From the NCBI GenBank assembly GCA_030689595.1, contig JAUYHP010000001.1, positions 15,628-79,627 on the forward strand: DNA of 64,000 nucleotides, given 5' to 3'. This document shows, piece by piece, positions 49,620-58,077 of the stretch. The position numbers and the translations under genes are program-made. Numbering within the stretch: position 1 is the stretch's first letter; each line of letters begins with the position of its first letter. The notes below the pieces were generated by a model. It was not told where the DNA came from, did not search any database, and saw only the letters and a list, made by a program, of their open reading frames with translations. This DNA is from a bacterium. GTDB taxonomy: Bacteria; Patescibacteriota; Minisyncoccia; UBA6257; WO2-44-18.

Positions 49620-49988
49620 ATGAAGAAAATTTTAATTGTCGAGGACGAGAAAATATTGGCAAACTCTATTGCCGATTCTTTGAAGGCCGAGGGTTATGAG
49701 ATTGATATCGCCAGCGATGGTGCTGCTGCTCTCAAAAAGCTAGCGGAATTTAAGCCAAATTTGATTTTATTAGATATCATATTGCCGGAGATTCCTGGCA
49801 CGGATGTGTTGAAAAAAATAAGAGAGCCAGGGTCACAGTTTGCTAATACGCCAGTAATTGTATTTACTAACCTTTCAGGCCAAGAGGAGTCTTTGGCTAG
49901 CATGGGACTTAAAGTAGACGCCTATGTTGTTAAGGCTAATTGTTCTCTAGATGAGTTAGGCCAGATGGTGAAGAAGTTTTTGTCTTAA
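49620..49988 (+). CDS. stand-alone response regulator receiver domain (CheY-like)
   Basis: 122 aa. DE...D(54, in LLDI)...T...K receiver residues are present. There is no output domain. Confidence 0.85.
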   Translation: MKKILIVEDEKILANSIADSLKAEGYEIDIASDGAAALKKLAEFKPNLILLDIILPEIPGTDVLKKIREPGSQFANTPVIVFTNLSGQEESLASMGLKVDAYVVKANCSLDELGQMVKKFLS

Positions 49989-49989
49989 T

Positions 49990-50088
49990 GCCGGCGTAGC
50001 TCAGCCCCGACGCACATTAAACAGTTATATAGATGTAGTCGGGGGGGGCCGACTAGAGCGTCGGCTCGGTACGCAGAGCGTTTCATAA
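49990..50088 (+). pseudogene. tRNA-Met-like fragment. It duplicates the 5' 15 nt and the anticodon-arm segment of the adjacent tRNA-Met, and the two pieces are separated by about 68 nt that fold into two GC-rich hairpins.
   Basis: GCCGGCGTAGCTCAG (49990-50004) and GAGCGTTTCATAA (50076-50088) are identical to parts of the tRNA at 50111-50186. Between them lie CCCCGAC(26 nt)GTCGGGG and GCCGACtagagcGTCGGC. Confidence 0.5.
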
Positions 50089-50110
50089 AATTGTCTTCAA
50101 TGGCTTATAT

Positions 50111-50186
50111 GCCGGCGTAGCTCAGTGGTTAGAGCGAGCGTTTCATAAGCGCTAGGTCGCAGGTTCGATCCCTGCCGTCGGCACCA
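50111..50186 (+). tRNA. tRNA-Met(CAU), elongator type. Ile2/lysidine identity cannot be excluded.
   Basis: G1-C72 paired acceptor stem, anticodon loop UUCAUAA and an encoded CCA. Confidence 0.85.
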
Positions 50187-50379
50187 GTATTAAACTTTCA
50201 GGAATTTTGCCAACGGATTTTGCCGCGCGAAGCGCAGCCAATCTCGCCGGCTAAATTTTCGAAAGTCAAATTCTGGTGGAATTATACAACTCTGCTCGAA
50301 CATTTTTTGAACGGAATTGACTGCCCTCCGCCGCCGTCGAATTTCGTATTTCGCTTTGCGAAATGCGCCGCAGAAAAAT

Positions 50380-50408
50380 TTGACAGGGGATATTTAATTT
50401 CATATACT
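50380..50408 (+). promoter_or_regulatory. sigma70-like promoter (TTGACA, 17-nt spacer, TATACT) for the arsR operon. AT-rich inverted repeats flank it.
   Basis: TTGACA at 50380-50385 and TATACT at 50403-50408. The 7-3-7 inverted repeat ATTTCGCtttGCGAAAT lies upstream at about 50347-50363. ATATAT-C-ATATAT lies downstream of the -10 element. Confidence 0.5.
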
Positions 50409-50449
50409 TACAATATATCATATATGCGAAACTCTGCAAATAGATAATT

Positions 50450-50788
50450 ATGACTGATAAAAATCATATGGGCAAAAGAATTTTTGAACTTCATGCCAAG
50501 GTGTGCAAAACTCTATCCCATCCCAAGAGGTTGGAGATCATTGATTTACTTCGTGATGAAAGGGAAATGGGTGTTTCTGAATTAGCTGAAAAACTTAGCA
50601 TTACAAAAGCCAATGTTTCCCAACACTTGAGCTTAATGCGCCAACAAAATATCGTTAAAACTCGACGGGACGGCGTCGCAATTCTCTATTCCATCGCCAA
50701 TCCTAAAATTCTTGTGGCCTATGATGCTTTAAGAAAGGCTCTCAAAGAACAACTGGAGGCTGACGGCAAATTATTAGAAAAATTTTAA
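50450..50788 (+). CDS. ArsR/SmtB family metalloregulatory transcriptional repressor
   Basis: Winged HTH (MGVSELAEKLSITKANVSQHLSLMRQQNIV) and a single Cys in helix 3 (HAKVCKTLSHP). Confidence 0.8.
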   Translation: MTDKNHMGKRIFELHAKVCKTLSHPKRLEIIDLLRDEREMGVSELAEKLSITKANVSQHLSLMRQQNIVKTRRDGVAILYSIANPKILVAYDALRKALKEQLEADGKLLEKF

Positions 50789-50795
50789 ATAATTT

Positions 50796-51122
50796 ATGAA
50801 ACTTGGCATTGTCTTACAATCAAATAAACCGGAGCATGCATGGAATACGTTCCGTCTCGGCATTACCGCGCTTAAAGCAAATCATCAGGTGGAGATTTTT
50901 CTGATGAATGAAGGTTCGGAATTGGACACCATTCCCGACAGCGAACATTTTGATATTTCCAAGAAAGCGGCGGAATTTAAAGAACTGAAAGGAACAATCC
51001 TTGCGTGCGGCACTTGCTTGGAAATTCGCGGCAAAAAAGAGGCCGCTGTGTGTCCTATTTCCACTATGTCCGATTTGCTCAAGATGGTTGAGGGTTCGGA
51101 CAAAGTTTTAGTTTTCGGCTGA
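50796..51122 (+). CDS. DsrE/DsrF-like (YchN-fold) protein
   Basis: 108 aa with MKLGIVLQS...ILACGTCLEIRG. Conserved Cys are present. Confidence 0.6.
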   Translation: MKLGIVLQSNKPEHAWNTFRLGITALKANHQVEIFLMNEGSELDTIPDSEHFDISKKAAEFKELKGTILACGTCLEIRGKKEAAVCPISTMSDLLKMVEGSDKVLVFG

Positions 51123-51150
51123 TTGAATATATTTATAAATTTATAACATT

Positions 51151-51681
51151 ATGCAATTATCCGTCCAGATAAAACACCTAAAACGATTCCTGAAACAAGA
51201 AGTCAGTCATTCTAAACGTATATTGGATATTGGCTGTGGGGACGGCTCTACGGCCTTATATTTAATATCTTCGCTTCATTGCGCTGTTCAAGGAATAGAT
51301 TTAGATGCCGGTCGAATTCACCGTGCTAATGAAAAGTTTAAGCGTAAAGCTCGCAGGGGTTTCGCAGTCTGCAGTATCTTGGAAGCCCAAGATATGCGTC
51401 GAACATTTTTCGAAAAGCCGTTCAATGCTGTCATCATAACTCACTCCTTTCATCATTTAGCTAATATCGGAAAAGTTCTTAGAAAAGCCAAAAGTGTTTT
51501 GGCTAACGATGGAAAAATAATTATTGCGGAATATACAAATTCATTTGGAGAGACGATGGATGATTGTCCAAGATTTGCAGCTAGAAAAATAAAATTACTA
51601 GCCAGAAATGCCGGATTTAAAAAACTGAAGAAATGTAATCTATCGCATGGTCTTTTCGCGATAGTGGGTTATAAAAATTAA
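51151..51681 (+). CDS. class I SAM-dependent methyltransferase
   Basis: Motif I ILDIGCGDGSTALYL, the acidic motif II residue and motif III (KIIIAEY). Confidence 0.7.
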   Translation: MQLSVQIKHLKRFLKQEVSHSKRILDIGCGDGSTALYLISSLHCAVQGIDLDAGRIHRANEKFKRKARRGFAVCSILEAQDMRRTFFEKPFNAVIITHSFHHLANIGKVLRKAKSVLANDGKIIIAEYTNSFGETMDDCPRFAARKIKLLARNAGFKKLKKCNLSHGLFAIVGYKN

Positions 51682-51695
51682 AATCTTTTACTAGC

Positions 51696-52406
51696 ATGAA
51701 AAAATTTATTTTCACAATTCTTGCCGCGAGCATTATCGGCTTATTCGCTTCAAGCGTGAATGCTCAAATGATGGGTGGGTTTTCCAACACGACGGTTGAT
51801 TGGAACGAAGTTGTCGAACACACTACGCGAGAAGAACAGGAAGGCAAGGAACTTTGGAATAAACTTCAAGTCAAAGAGGTCGCGTGCGAGAATTTTGGCG
51901 ACGAGCAGTTTACGGTTCTCGGCGAGTATTTTATGGGCCAAATGTCTGGTGAGTCGCACGCCGCCATGAACGCCACGATGATTCAGACGCACGGCGAGGA
52001 AGGCGAAGAACAAATTCATATTGTCATGGGTAAGCGGCTCTCTGGTTGCGATACATCGGCGGCGTTTCCGGCCGGAAGTGGCGGCTGGATGCCGATGATG
52101 AATATGATGTGGGGAGGCCTGCCTGCCGGTCAGGCAGGGTGGTCGTCTCCCTCTGGCAGTAATAATTCAACAAACAAGATGATGAACTTTGGATTTGAAC
52201 CTTTGAACGGATTTGGCTGGATATTTATGACCCTTTGGTGGGTACTAACAATCGCCGGCATTGTCGTGCTTACCAAGTGGCTCACAAGTCGATCGCGTGG
52301 CACACACGATCATGAAAAATCACCGCTTGAAATTCTGAAAGAACGATACGTCAAGGGCGAGATAGACAAAAAAGAATTTGAGGAGAAGAAAAAGGATTTA
52401 AGCTGA
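51696..52406 (+). CDS. secreted Met-rich protein with a C-terminal TM helix and a SHOCT domain. It is a candidate Cu/metal-binding protein.
   Basis: Signal peptide, Met-rich segments (GWMPMMNMMWGG), a TM helix, and the C-terminal EILKERYVKGEIDKKEFEEKKKDL SHOCT motif. Confidence 0.6.
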   Translation: MKKFIFTILAASIIGLFASSVNAQMMGGFSNTTVDWNEVVEHTTREEQEGKELWNKLQVKEVACENFGDEQFTVLGEYFMGQMSGESHAAMNATMIQTHGEEGEEQIHIVMGKRLSGCDTSAAFPAGSGGWMPMMNMMWGGLPAGQAGWSSPSGSNNSTNKMMNFGFEPLNGFGWIFMTLWWVLTIAGIVVLTKWLTSRSRGTHDHEKSPLEILKERYVKGEIDKKEFEEKKKDLS

Positions 52407-52435
52407 TCCCTCGCTTCAAATTTTCATTCGCCGAG

Positions 52436-52775
52436 ATGTCTCGGCAGATTCCTAAACTTGATGTGGAAGGTAAACCGATTTTAGGCGAAGACGGCAGGCC
52501 TGCGATGACAGTGAATACCGCTCGCGACATTTGGATTACGGCAACCACTCTTATAACAGCAAAGATGATAGTCGGTATCGGCGTTATCGGGGGTTGGCAT
52601 TATCGCTATTGTGAGTATCGTTGCCGCCATCCCCATTTACTTCCTTTGGAACTGGTTGATGCCCGAGATCTTCGCGATCAAGGTCATTACCTTCTGGCAG
52701 GCATGGGGCATCAACTTCTTGGCGGGGGTGCTGTTCAAGAGCCCCTTGTCGTCGAAGTCGTCCAGCGGCGACTAA
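52436..52775 (+). pseudogene. Small membrane protein gene of about 113 aa, interrupted by a probable 1-nt frameshift in a G5 run at 52589-52593.
   Basis: The frame from the ATG at 52436 (...AKMIVGIGVIGG) and the start-less downstream frame (GIIAIVSIVAAIPIYFLWNWLMPEIFAIKVITFWQAWGINFLAGVLFK...GD*, ending at 52775) join into one continuous TM segment if one G is removed. The ORF-track version instead runs through the terminator into the opposite-strand gene. Confidence 0.4.
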
Positions 52776-52776
52776 T

Positions 52777-52811
52777 CAAAAAAACACTCCGACTATCGTC
52801 GGAGTGTTTTA
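52777..52811. terminator. Bidirectional intrinsic terminator.
   Basis: aaaaaaa-CACTCCGACtatcGTCGGAGTG-ttttat. Confidence 0.8.
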
Positions 52812-52814
52812 TCG

Positions 52815-54389
52815 TTACGTCGGATTTTGATCGGTCGGCCCTTTCTTCTTTAAGAAGTGTGGGGCGAATATCAGCAATAGAATGACTAACAGTATAAGTC
52901 CAGTTGCTTCATAGGACAAGAACCCTAAGATATTCCCACTTAAAGCTACTTTTGGCTTGCCATCGTGGGATAGAATAATATTGTTTGTATATCTGATTAA
53001 CAGTTCGGCTTGATCTTCTGTTATGGCTTGGCCGGATTGCGCCTCAATCTCCAACGCTAAAGCGTTTAGGGTATTATTCCCCGGGGTATTTCGTCCTTCG
53101 ACATAACTTGCTTCGGCGTTTTCTACCTTTTTAAGTAGAGATTGACCTAATTGGTTGTCAGTTCCCATGGCTGCTATCAATGCCTTCAGGCCTTCGATAC
53201 TGTCGGGACAACCATTTTTATCAGCGTCATACTCACCCGCATTTTCTAATGGACAGTCATCGGCTTCATCTAAAACGCCGTCATTGTCATCGTCGGCATC
53301 ACAGGCATCGCCTTCATCGTCGCCGTCAAAGTCAGCTTGATCTGGGTTGGCTACTAGAGGGCAGTTATCTGAATCATCAGGCAGCCCATCTGCATCACTG
53401 TCCAAAATTTCCAAAACATATACAGCTGATACGTTTCTAAGGAGGCTTCCTTGCTGCGATCCATTATTATCAAATCGAAGAATGCCATCAGCTGTCTGGA
53501 TTATGGCTCCTTCATCGGTTGGATATATAGACAAGACTTTTCCAACATTTTTGGATAGTATCAGGCTTAAGTCTTTATCAAATTTGTCGAATCCGTTATC
53601 GGTTCCACCCCAGAATGTGCCATCAGAAGCCTCGCGTATGGTATTGTATGGGCCCATGCCTGTTTTGTATGACAATACGGCACTGCGGAGACCATTTGTG
53701 ATGCCGTACCTGATCCTGACCAATCGTCCGGTGTCTGGGGCGTCGCTGAAAATAAGCGTTCCCAGCGCATTCTCACTGGTCAATCCGACGGCGGTAGACG
53801 ATGCAATATCAAATGCCTTTTCAAATTGCACTAAAAATATCTTTGTAAGTTTTTGTGCTTCTCTGGTTTGTTGGGTGGAAGAAAATATTGTTGATATCTG
53901 ATTGCCGCCACTGGCTGCTATGACGAATTTGCCATTATGGTCATTTTTCTTGCCGTCGACATCAATCCAAGAAGAGCCCGGTTCTGTATAGGTATTTTTT
54001 GCAACTAGATTTGTTGAAAAAACGGCTATAGTATTATCGCCCACTACCTGTATCGCTTCTTGGCCATAAGCCTCGGAAGCAAACAGCCATTTAGAGTTTT
54101 TAACACTACTTATATCGGCTTCGGCCGTTACGGCTCCTTGGCGGTCTACCTTAAATAGTTTCCCAGCGCAGTTGTCCAGTACGAATACATTGCCGTTTTT
54201 ATCGCCGGCTACATTAGTAGGGCATTGCAGAATTCCATCTGATACCAAGTTGCTCCTTACTAGCGTGCCGTCATTGTAGAGCGATATATTATTGGTTGTC
54301 GTATCAACAACATAATATTGTGCCGCTTGGAGTTGCGGAGCCGTTAGAAATAGAGCCAGGCCGAGTCCAATTAATAATATTTTTTTCAT
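52815..54389 (-). CDS. cell-surface protein with an N-terminal signal peptide, a beta-propeller-like region, thrombospondin type-3-like Ca-binding Asp-rich repeats and a C-terminal TM anchor
   Basis: DSDADGLPDDSDNCPLVANPDQADFDGDDEGDACDADDDNDGVLDEADDCP repeats. The C-terminus is GLILLVILLLIFAPHFLKKK. Confidence 0.6.
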   Translation of the reverse strand: MKKILLIGLGLALFLTAPQLQAAQYYVVDTTTNNISLYNDGTLVRSNLVSDGILQCPTNVAGDKNGNVFVLDNCAGKLFKVDRQGAVTAEADISSVKNSKWLFASEAYGQEAIQVVGDNTIAVFSTNLVAKNTYTEPGSSWIDVDGKKNDHNGKFVIAASGGNQISTIFSSTQQTREAQKLTKIFLVQFEKAFDIASSTAVGLTSENALGTLIFSDAPDTGRLVRIRYGITNGLRSAVLSYKTGMGPYNTIREASDGTFWGGTDNGFDKFDKDLSLILSKNVGKVLSIYPTDEGAIIQTADGILRFDNNGSQQGSLLRNVSAVYVLEILDSDADGLPDDSDNCPLVANPDQADFDGDDEGDACDADDDNDGVLDEADDCPLENAGEYDADKNGCPDSIEGLKALIAAMGTDNQLGQSLLKKVENAEASYVEGRNTPGNNTLNALALEIEAQSGQAITEDQAELLIRYTNNIILSHDGKPKVALSGNILGFLSYEATGLILLVILLLIFAPHFLKKKGPTDQNPT

Positions 54390-54524
54390 GAATTTTATTT
54401 GATAAATATTTGAGGATTCGAACCCCTTTTAGTAATACTCTAATTTTTGACTTAATAAGACGATGTGTCAATGAAAAACACGGGGATAAATCAATGGCGC
54501 TGTATATGTTAATATTAAACAAAT

Positions 54525-55256
54525 ATGGCCAAACTGATTATCGCTAATTGGAAGCTTAATCCCGCCACTGAAAAGGAGGCGGAATTGTTGGCGAGTGGCA
54601 GTGACATAGAAGGTCTAGTTCTATGTCCGCCTTTTGTCTTTTTGGAAAAGGCGTCGGCTGAACTTAAAAAGGCTCAATTAGGTGCTCAAGATTTATTTTG
54701 GGAGGGCGTGGGCCCATATACTGGTGAAATTTCTGGTGGACAATTGAAAGAGTTCGGCGTTAAATATGTGATCATTGGCCATTCTGAAAGGCGCCAAAAT
54801 TTGGGCGAAACCGATGAGATGGTGGCCAAAAAAATAAAAGCCGCCGTCGAAAAGGGCCTGATCCCAATTTTATGTGTTGGCGAAACCAAAGAAGAGCATG
54901 ATGCCGGGCGCGCCCAAGAGGTCGTTGAACGTGAATTAACCATCGGATTATCCCAATTGACCAAGTCGTCGATTGACCAATTAACTATAGTCTGCGCTTA
55001 TGAGCCCATCTGGGCTATCGGCACTGGCAATCCTGATACACCGGAAAATGCAGTGGCAATGGCTAAATTTATTAAAAAGACCTTAGTGACTAGTGGCCAT
55101 TCACTGAGCCCCACAGTTATATATGGAGGGTCAGTCACCAGCAAGAATGCTAACGATTTCTTCAAGCATTCTGAAATCGAAGGCGCGCTAGTCGGTGGTG
55201 CTAGCTTGAAAGCAAATGAGATTAAAGTCATAGTTGATATAAGTCGAAGATATTAA
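54525..55256 (+). CDS. tpiA: triosephosphate isomerase
   Basis: IANWKLN, IIGHSERR and AYEPIWAIGTG motifs. Confidence 0.9.
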   Translation: MAKLIIANWKLNPATEKEAELLASGSDIEGLVLCPPFVFLEKASAELKKAQLGAQDLFWEGVGPYTGEISGGQLKEFGVKYVIIGHSERRQNLGETDEMVAKKIKAAVEKGLIPILCVGETKEEHDAGRAQEVVERELTIGLSQLTKSSIDQLTIVCAYEPIWAIGTGNPDTPENAVAMAKFIKKTLVTSGHSLSPTVIYGGSVTSKNANDFFKHSEIEGALVGGASLKANEIKVIVDISRRY

Positions 55257-55268
55257 TAATAATAAATT

Positions 55269-56021
55269 ATGAAAACAGATTCTAAAAGTTTATTTTGGGC
55301 TTTATTAGATGTATTATTATTGGTTTTGATTTTTGCTTTGGTTTTTGGCGCTAAAGCGGTAGATCGCTATGGCGCATCCCTGGCCCCTGCTCGTGTAATC
55401 ACGGTGTCTGCTGAGGGCGAGGCGGTCGCCAAGCCTGATGTGGCTACTATAAATTTCTCGGTCGTTTCTGAGGGTAGCGATCCAGTCAAGGTACAAGAAG
55501 AAAATACTAAAAAAATTAATCCAGCCATTGAGTTCGTTAAAAAACAGGGAATAGACGAAAAGGATATAAAGACATCGCAATATAATTTATCTCCACGATA
55601 TGAATATGATGAAAATAAGCACAGATCTTTTGTTGTTGGTTATCAGCTCACTCAGTCGGTTACGATCAAAATTCGTGATTTCACCAAGATTTCCATTATT
55701 TTGGGCGGGTTGCCTGGCCTGGGGGTCAACCAAATCAGTCGGCTACAATTTGAGGTAGATGATCAAGATGCCTATCTCAGCCAAGCAAGGGAGGAAGCTT
55801 TTTCTAAGGCCGCGACTAAGGCTGAAGTTATGGCTAGGCAAAATGACGTTCGCATAGGTGGGGTGGTTACCTTTTCTGAATCACAGGGCTTTGTGCCACC
55901 ATATCCAGCTTATCGAACTTTCGAGGACGCGGTAGTTTCGAGTGGCGCGCCTATTCCGATTATCGAGCCGGGTAGCCAGGAAGTTAAGGTGGTGGTAAGC
56001 GTGACCTATGAAATAAAATAG
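55269..56021 (+). CDS. SIMPL-domain (DUF541) protein
   Basis: N-terminal TM anchor, then ...VSAEGEAVAKPDVATINFSV... typical of the SIMPL family. Confidence 0.65.
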   Translation: MKTDSKSLFWALLDVLLLVLIFALVFGAKAVDRYGASLAPARVITVSAEGEAVAKPDVATINFSVVSEGSDPVKVQEENTKKINPAIEFVKKQGIDEKDIKTSQYNLSPRYEYDENKHRSFVVGYQLTQSVTIKIRDFTKISIILGGLPGLGVNQISRLQFEVDDQDAYLSQAREEAFSKAATKAEVMARQNDVRIGGVVTFSESQGFVPPYPAYRTFEDAVVSSGAPIPIIEPGSQEVKVVVSVTYEIK

Positions 56022-56084
56022 CAACAGAGTTAGCGGTGTTTTGGTCCGGATAGTTTTTGGAGAAATAGCGATCTATTTTTTGCA

Positions 56085-56702
56085 ATGGGAAATTCTATAG
56101 CGATAAAGAAGGATTATTATCTGGTGTCATTTATTGGCATTGGCTTTGGTTTATTGCTCATCCCAATATTGGAAAATGTAAAGCCAGAGTTTTGGTCTCT
56201 AACTCTGGGCAATGCGGTATTACTAGCTGTTTTTTTTGGTATTTTTGCTAACGTAGCTTTATGGATAGCTGGCTTGGCTGGTCGCAAGCGGCCTGCTATT
56301 TGGCAGTTCGCTAAGTTTGGCGCCATCGGATCGTTCAATGCCTTATTAGACTTCGGCATTTTAAATCTGCTTAGCCTATTCTTTGAAATATATGCAGGCG
56401 CGACGATAATAATCTTTAACGTTATATCTTTTGCCATAGCTGTAACGAATAGTTATCTTTGGAATAAATTTTGGGCATTTAAGAATGATTCGCCAGTTAA
56501 CAGGGCCGAGTATGGCAAGTTTATATTAGCTAGTTTTGGTGGCCTGATAATCAACACGGCCATTGTTTATGGCTTGACCACTTTTGTGATGTCGCCGACT
56601 GGCATGTCTTTGCCTTTGTGGGAAAATATTGCTAAATTGATAGCAGTTATTCCATCGCTGGCTTGGAACTTTTCCGCTTATAGGTTAATGGTTTTTAAAT
56701 AA
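56085..56702 (+). CDS. GtrA-family membrane protein
   Basis: Four TM helices. FAKFGAIGSFNALLDFGILNLL resembles the GtrA signature. Confidence 0.55.
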   Translation: MGNSIAIKKDYYLVSFIGIGFGLLLIPILENVKPEFWSLTLGNAVLLAVFFGIFANVALWIAGLAGRKRPAIWQFAKFGAIGSFNALLDFGILNLLSLFFEIYAGATIIIFNVISFAIAVTNSYLWNKFWAFKNDSPVNRAEYGKFILASFGGLIINTAIVYGLTTFVMSPTGMSLPLWENIAKLIAVIPSLAWNFSAYRLMVFK

Positions 56703-56713
56703 AATCTAACATC

Positions 56714-57340
56714 ATGAAGACCACACTAAACTACGTGATAATATTAATAGGTATAGTCGTGATAGTAATTGCTGGCCGTTGGTGGCTTAACAGTTCTGAC
56801 GATCGGCTAGAAAATATGAAGAAAATTTGGACTGAACCACCAGCGATGACTGTTAATGTGGATAAGAAATACACAGTTGACCTTGAGACTTCGGAGGGCA
56901 AGATTACAATGGAGCTCTTTGCCGCGGAAACGCCCATAACGGTAAACAATTTTGTTTTTCTGGCGGAACAAGGGTTTTACAATGATACAATCTTCCACCG
57001 TATAATTAAGGGCTTTATGATTCAGGGAGGGGACCCCAAGGGCGATGGCACCGGTGGGCCCGGTTATAAATTTGCCGACGAATCAATAAGCAGAGATTAT
57101 AAAAGAGGTATTGTGGCTATGGCTAATTCAGGCCCCAACACCAATGGTAGCCAATTCTTTATAATGCACCAAGATTATCCACTCCCACCTAATTATGTGA
57201 TTTTTGGTCAGGTTATAGATGGCTTGGATGTCTTAGATAAAATTGCCAATACCGCTGTGGTTGCTAATGAGTTTGGCGAATCCTCAAAGCCGTTAGAGGA
57301 GGTTGCGATTAAGGATATTACAATTAATGCAGAAGACTAG
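56714..57340 (+). CDS. peptidyl-prolyl cis-trans isomerase, cyclophilin type, with an N-terminal membrane anchor
   Basis: FHRIIKGFMIQGGDP and GTGGPGYKFADE cyclophilin motifs. Confidence 0.9.
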   Translation: MKTTLNYVIILIGIVVIVIAGRWWLNSSDDRLENMKKIWTEPPAMTVNVDKKYTVDLETSEGKITMELFAAETPITVNNFVFLAEQGFYNDTIFHRIIKGFMIQGGDPKGDGTGGPGYKFADESISRDYKRGIVAMANSGPNTNGSQFFIMHQDYPLPPNYVIFGQVIDGLDVLDKIANTAVVANEFGESSKPLEEVAIKDITINAED

Positions 57341-57905
57341 CCCAGCGGAGGTCAAAAAACATCTTTATCGTAATTTAGTGATTCTGACCGTTGGTGTGTT
57401 GATAGCGATCTTTTTGGTGCGACTCGGTATTGATGACGCAATTATATCTGCTTCTGGTAGAGTACAAATCTTGGCTAATTTTTTGGCTGGTATGTTTTTT
57501 ACTTCTGTATTGACAGTCGGAACGGCAGCTGTGGTTTTGGGTGAGTTAGCATTGGATGTTGGATTGGTGCAATTAGCCTTTGTTGGTGCCTTGGGTGCGA
57601 TTATTGGAGATTTAATATTGTTCAGCTTTATAAGAGATCGCATCGCGGATGACTTTGCCGCACTGATTCACCAGCAACGCTATCGAGGCTTAAGGCACAT
57701 ATTACACTTAGCACTATGGCATCGCTTATTGCCGGTTTTGGGGTTTATATTGGTGGCTTCGCCACTGCCAGATGAGATTGGCCTAGCGATGATGGGCATT
57801 TCTAAGATAAAAACACATCATTTAATTTTCTTATCTTTTTTCGCTAATTTTTTTGGAATTTTAATAGTAGGCTTGGTAGCGCGAGGAGTGTTGAGTGGTT
57901 TGTAG
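57303..57905 (+). CDS. hypothetical polytopic membrane protein
   Basis: 200 aa with 4-5 TM helices. It overlaps the PPIase 3' end, and an alternative ATG lies at 57327. Confidence 0.4.
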   Translation: MRLRILQLMQKTSPAEVKKHLYRNLVILTVGVLIAIFLVRLGIDDAIISASGRVQILANFLAGMFFTSVLTVGTAAVVLGELALDVGLVQLAFVGALGAIIGDLILFSFIRDRIADDFAALIHQQRYRGLRHILHLALWHRLLPVLGFILVASPLPDEIGLAMMGISKIKTHHLIFLSFFANFFGILIVGLVARGVLSGL

Positions 57906-58077
57906 AGAAGTTATCCACAATCATCTTCCAATAAGACCGCAATCATGATATAATGCTTATTACATGTATATTGCTTGATTTAATTATTAAGCAGGACAGT
58001 TGAAAGGGGCGCTGTGAGGGCGCTCTTTTCAACTGTCCCAGTTACTTGTTGATGTGAGTGCATGTTAGAATGAGTGA

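Noticed and set aside
49990-50186. Integrase or prophage insertion at the tRNA-Met locus.
   Set aside because: There is a partial tRNA duplicate. No integrase, recombinase or phage-like genes occur on either side. The neighbours are a response regulator and an arsR operon.
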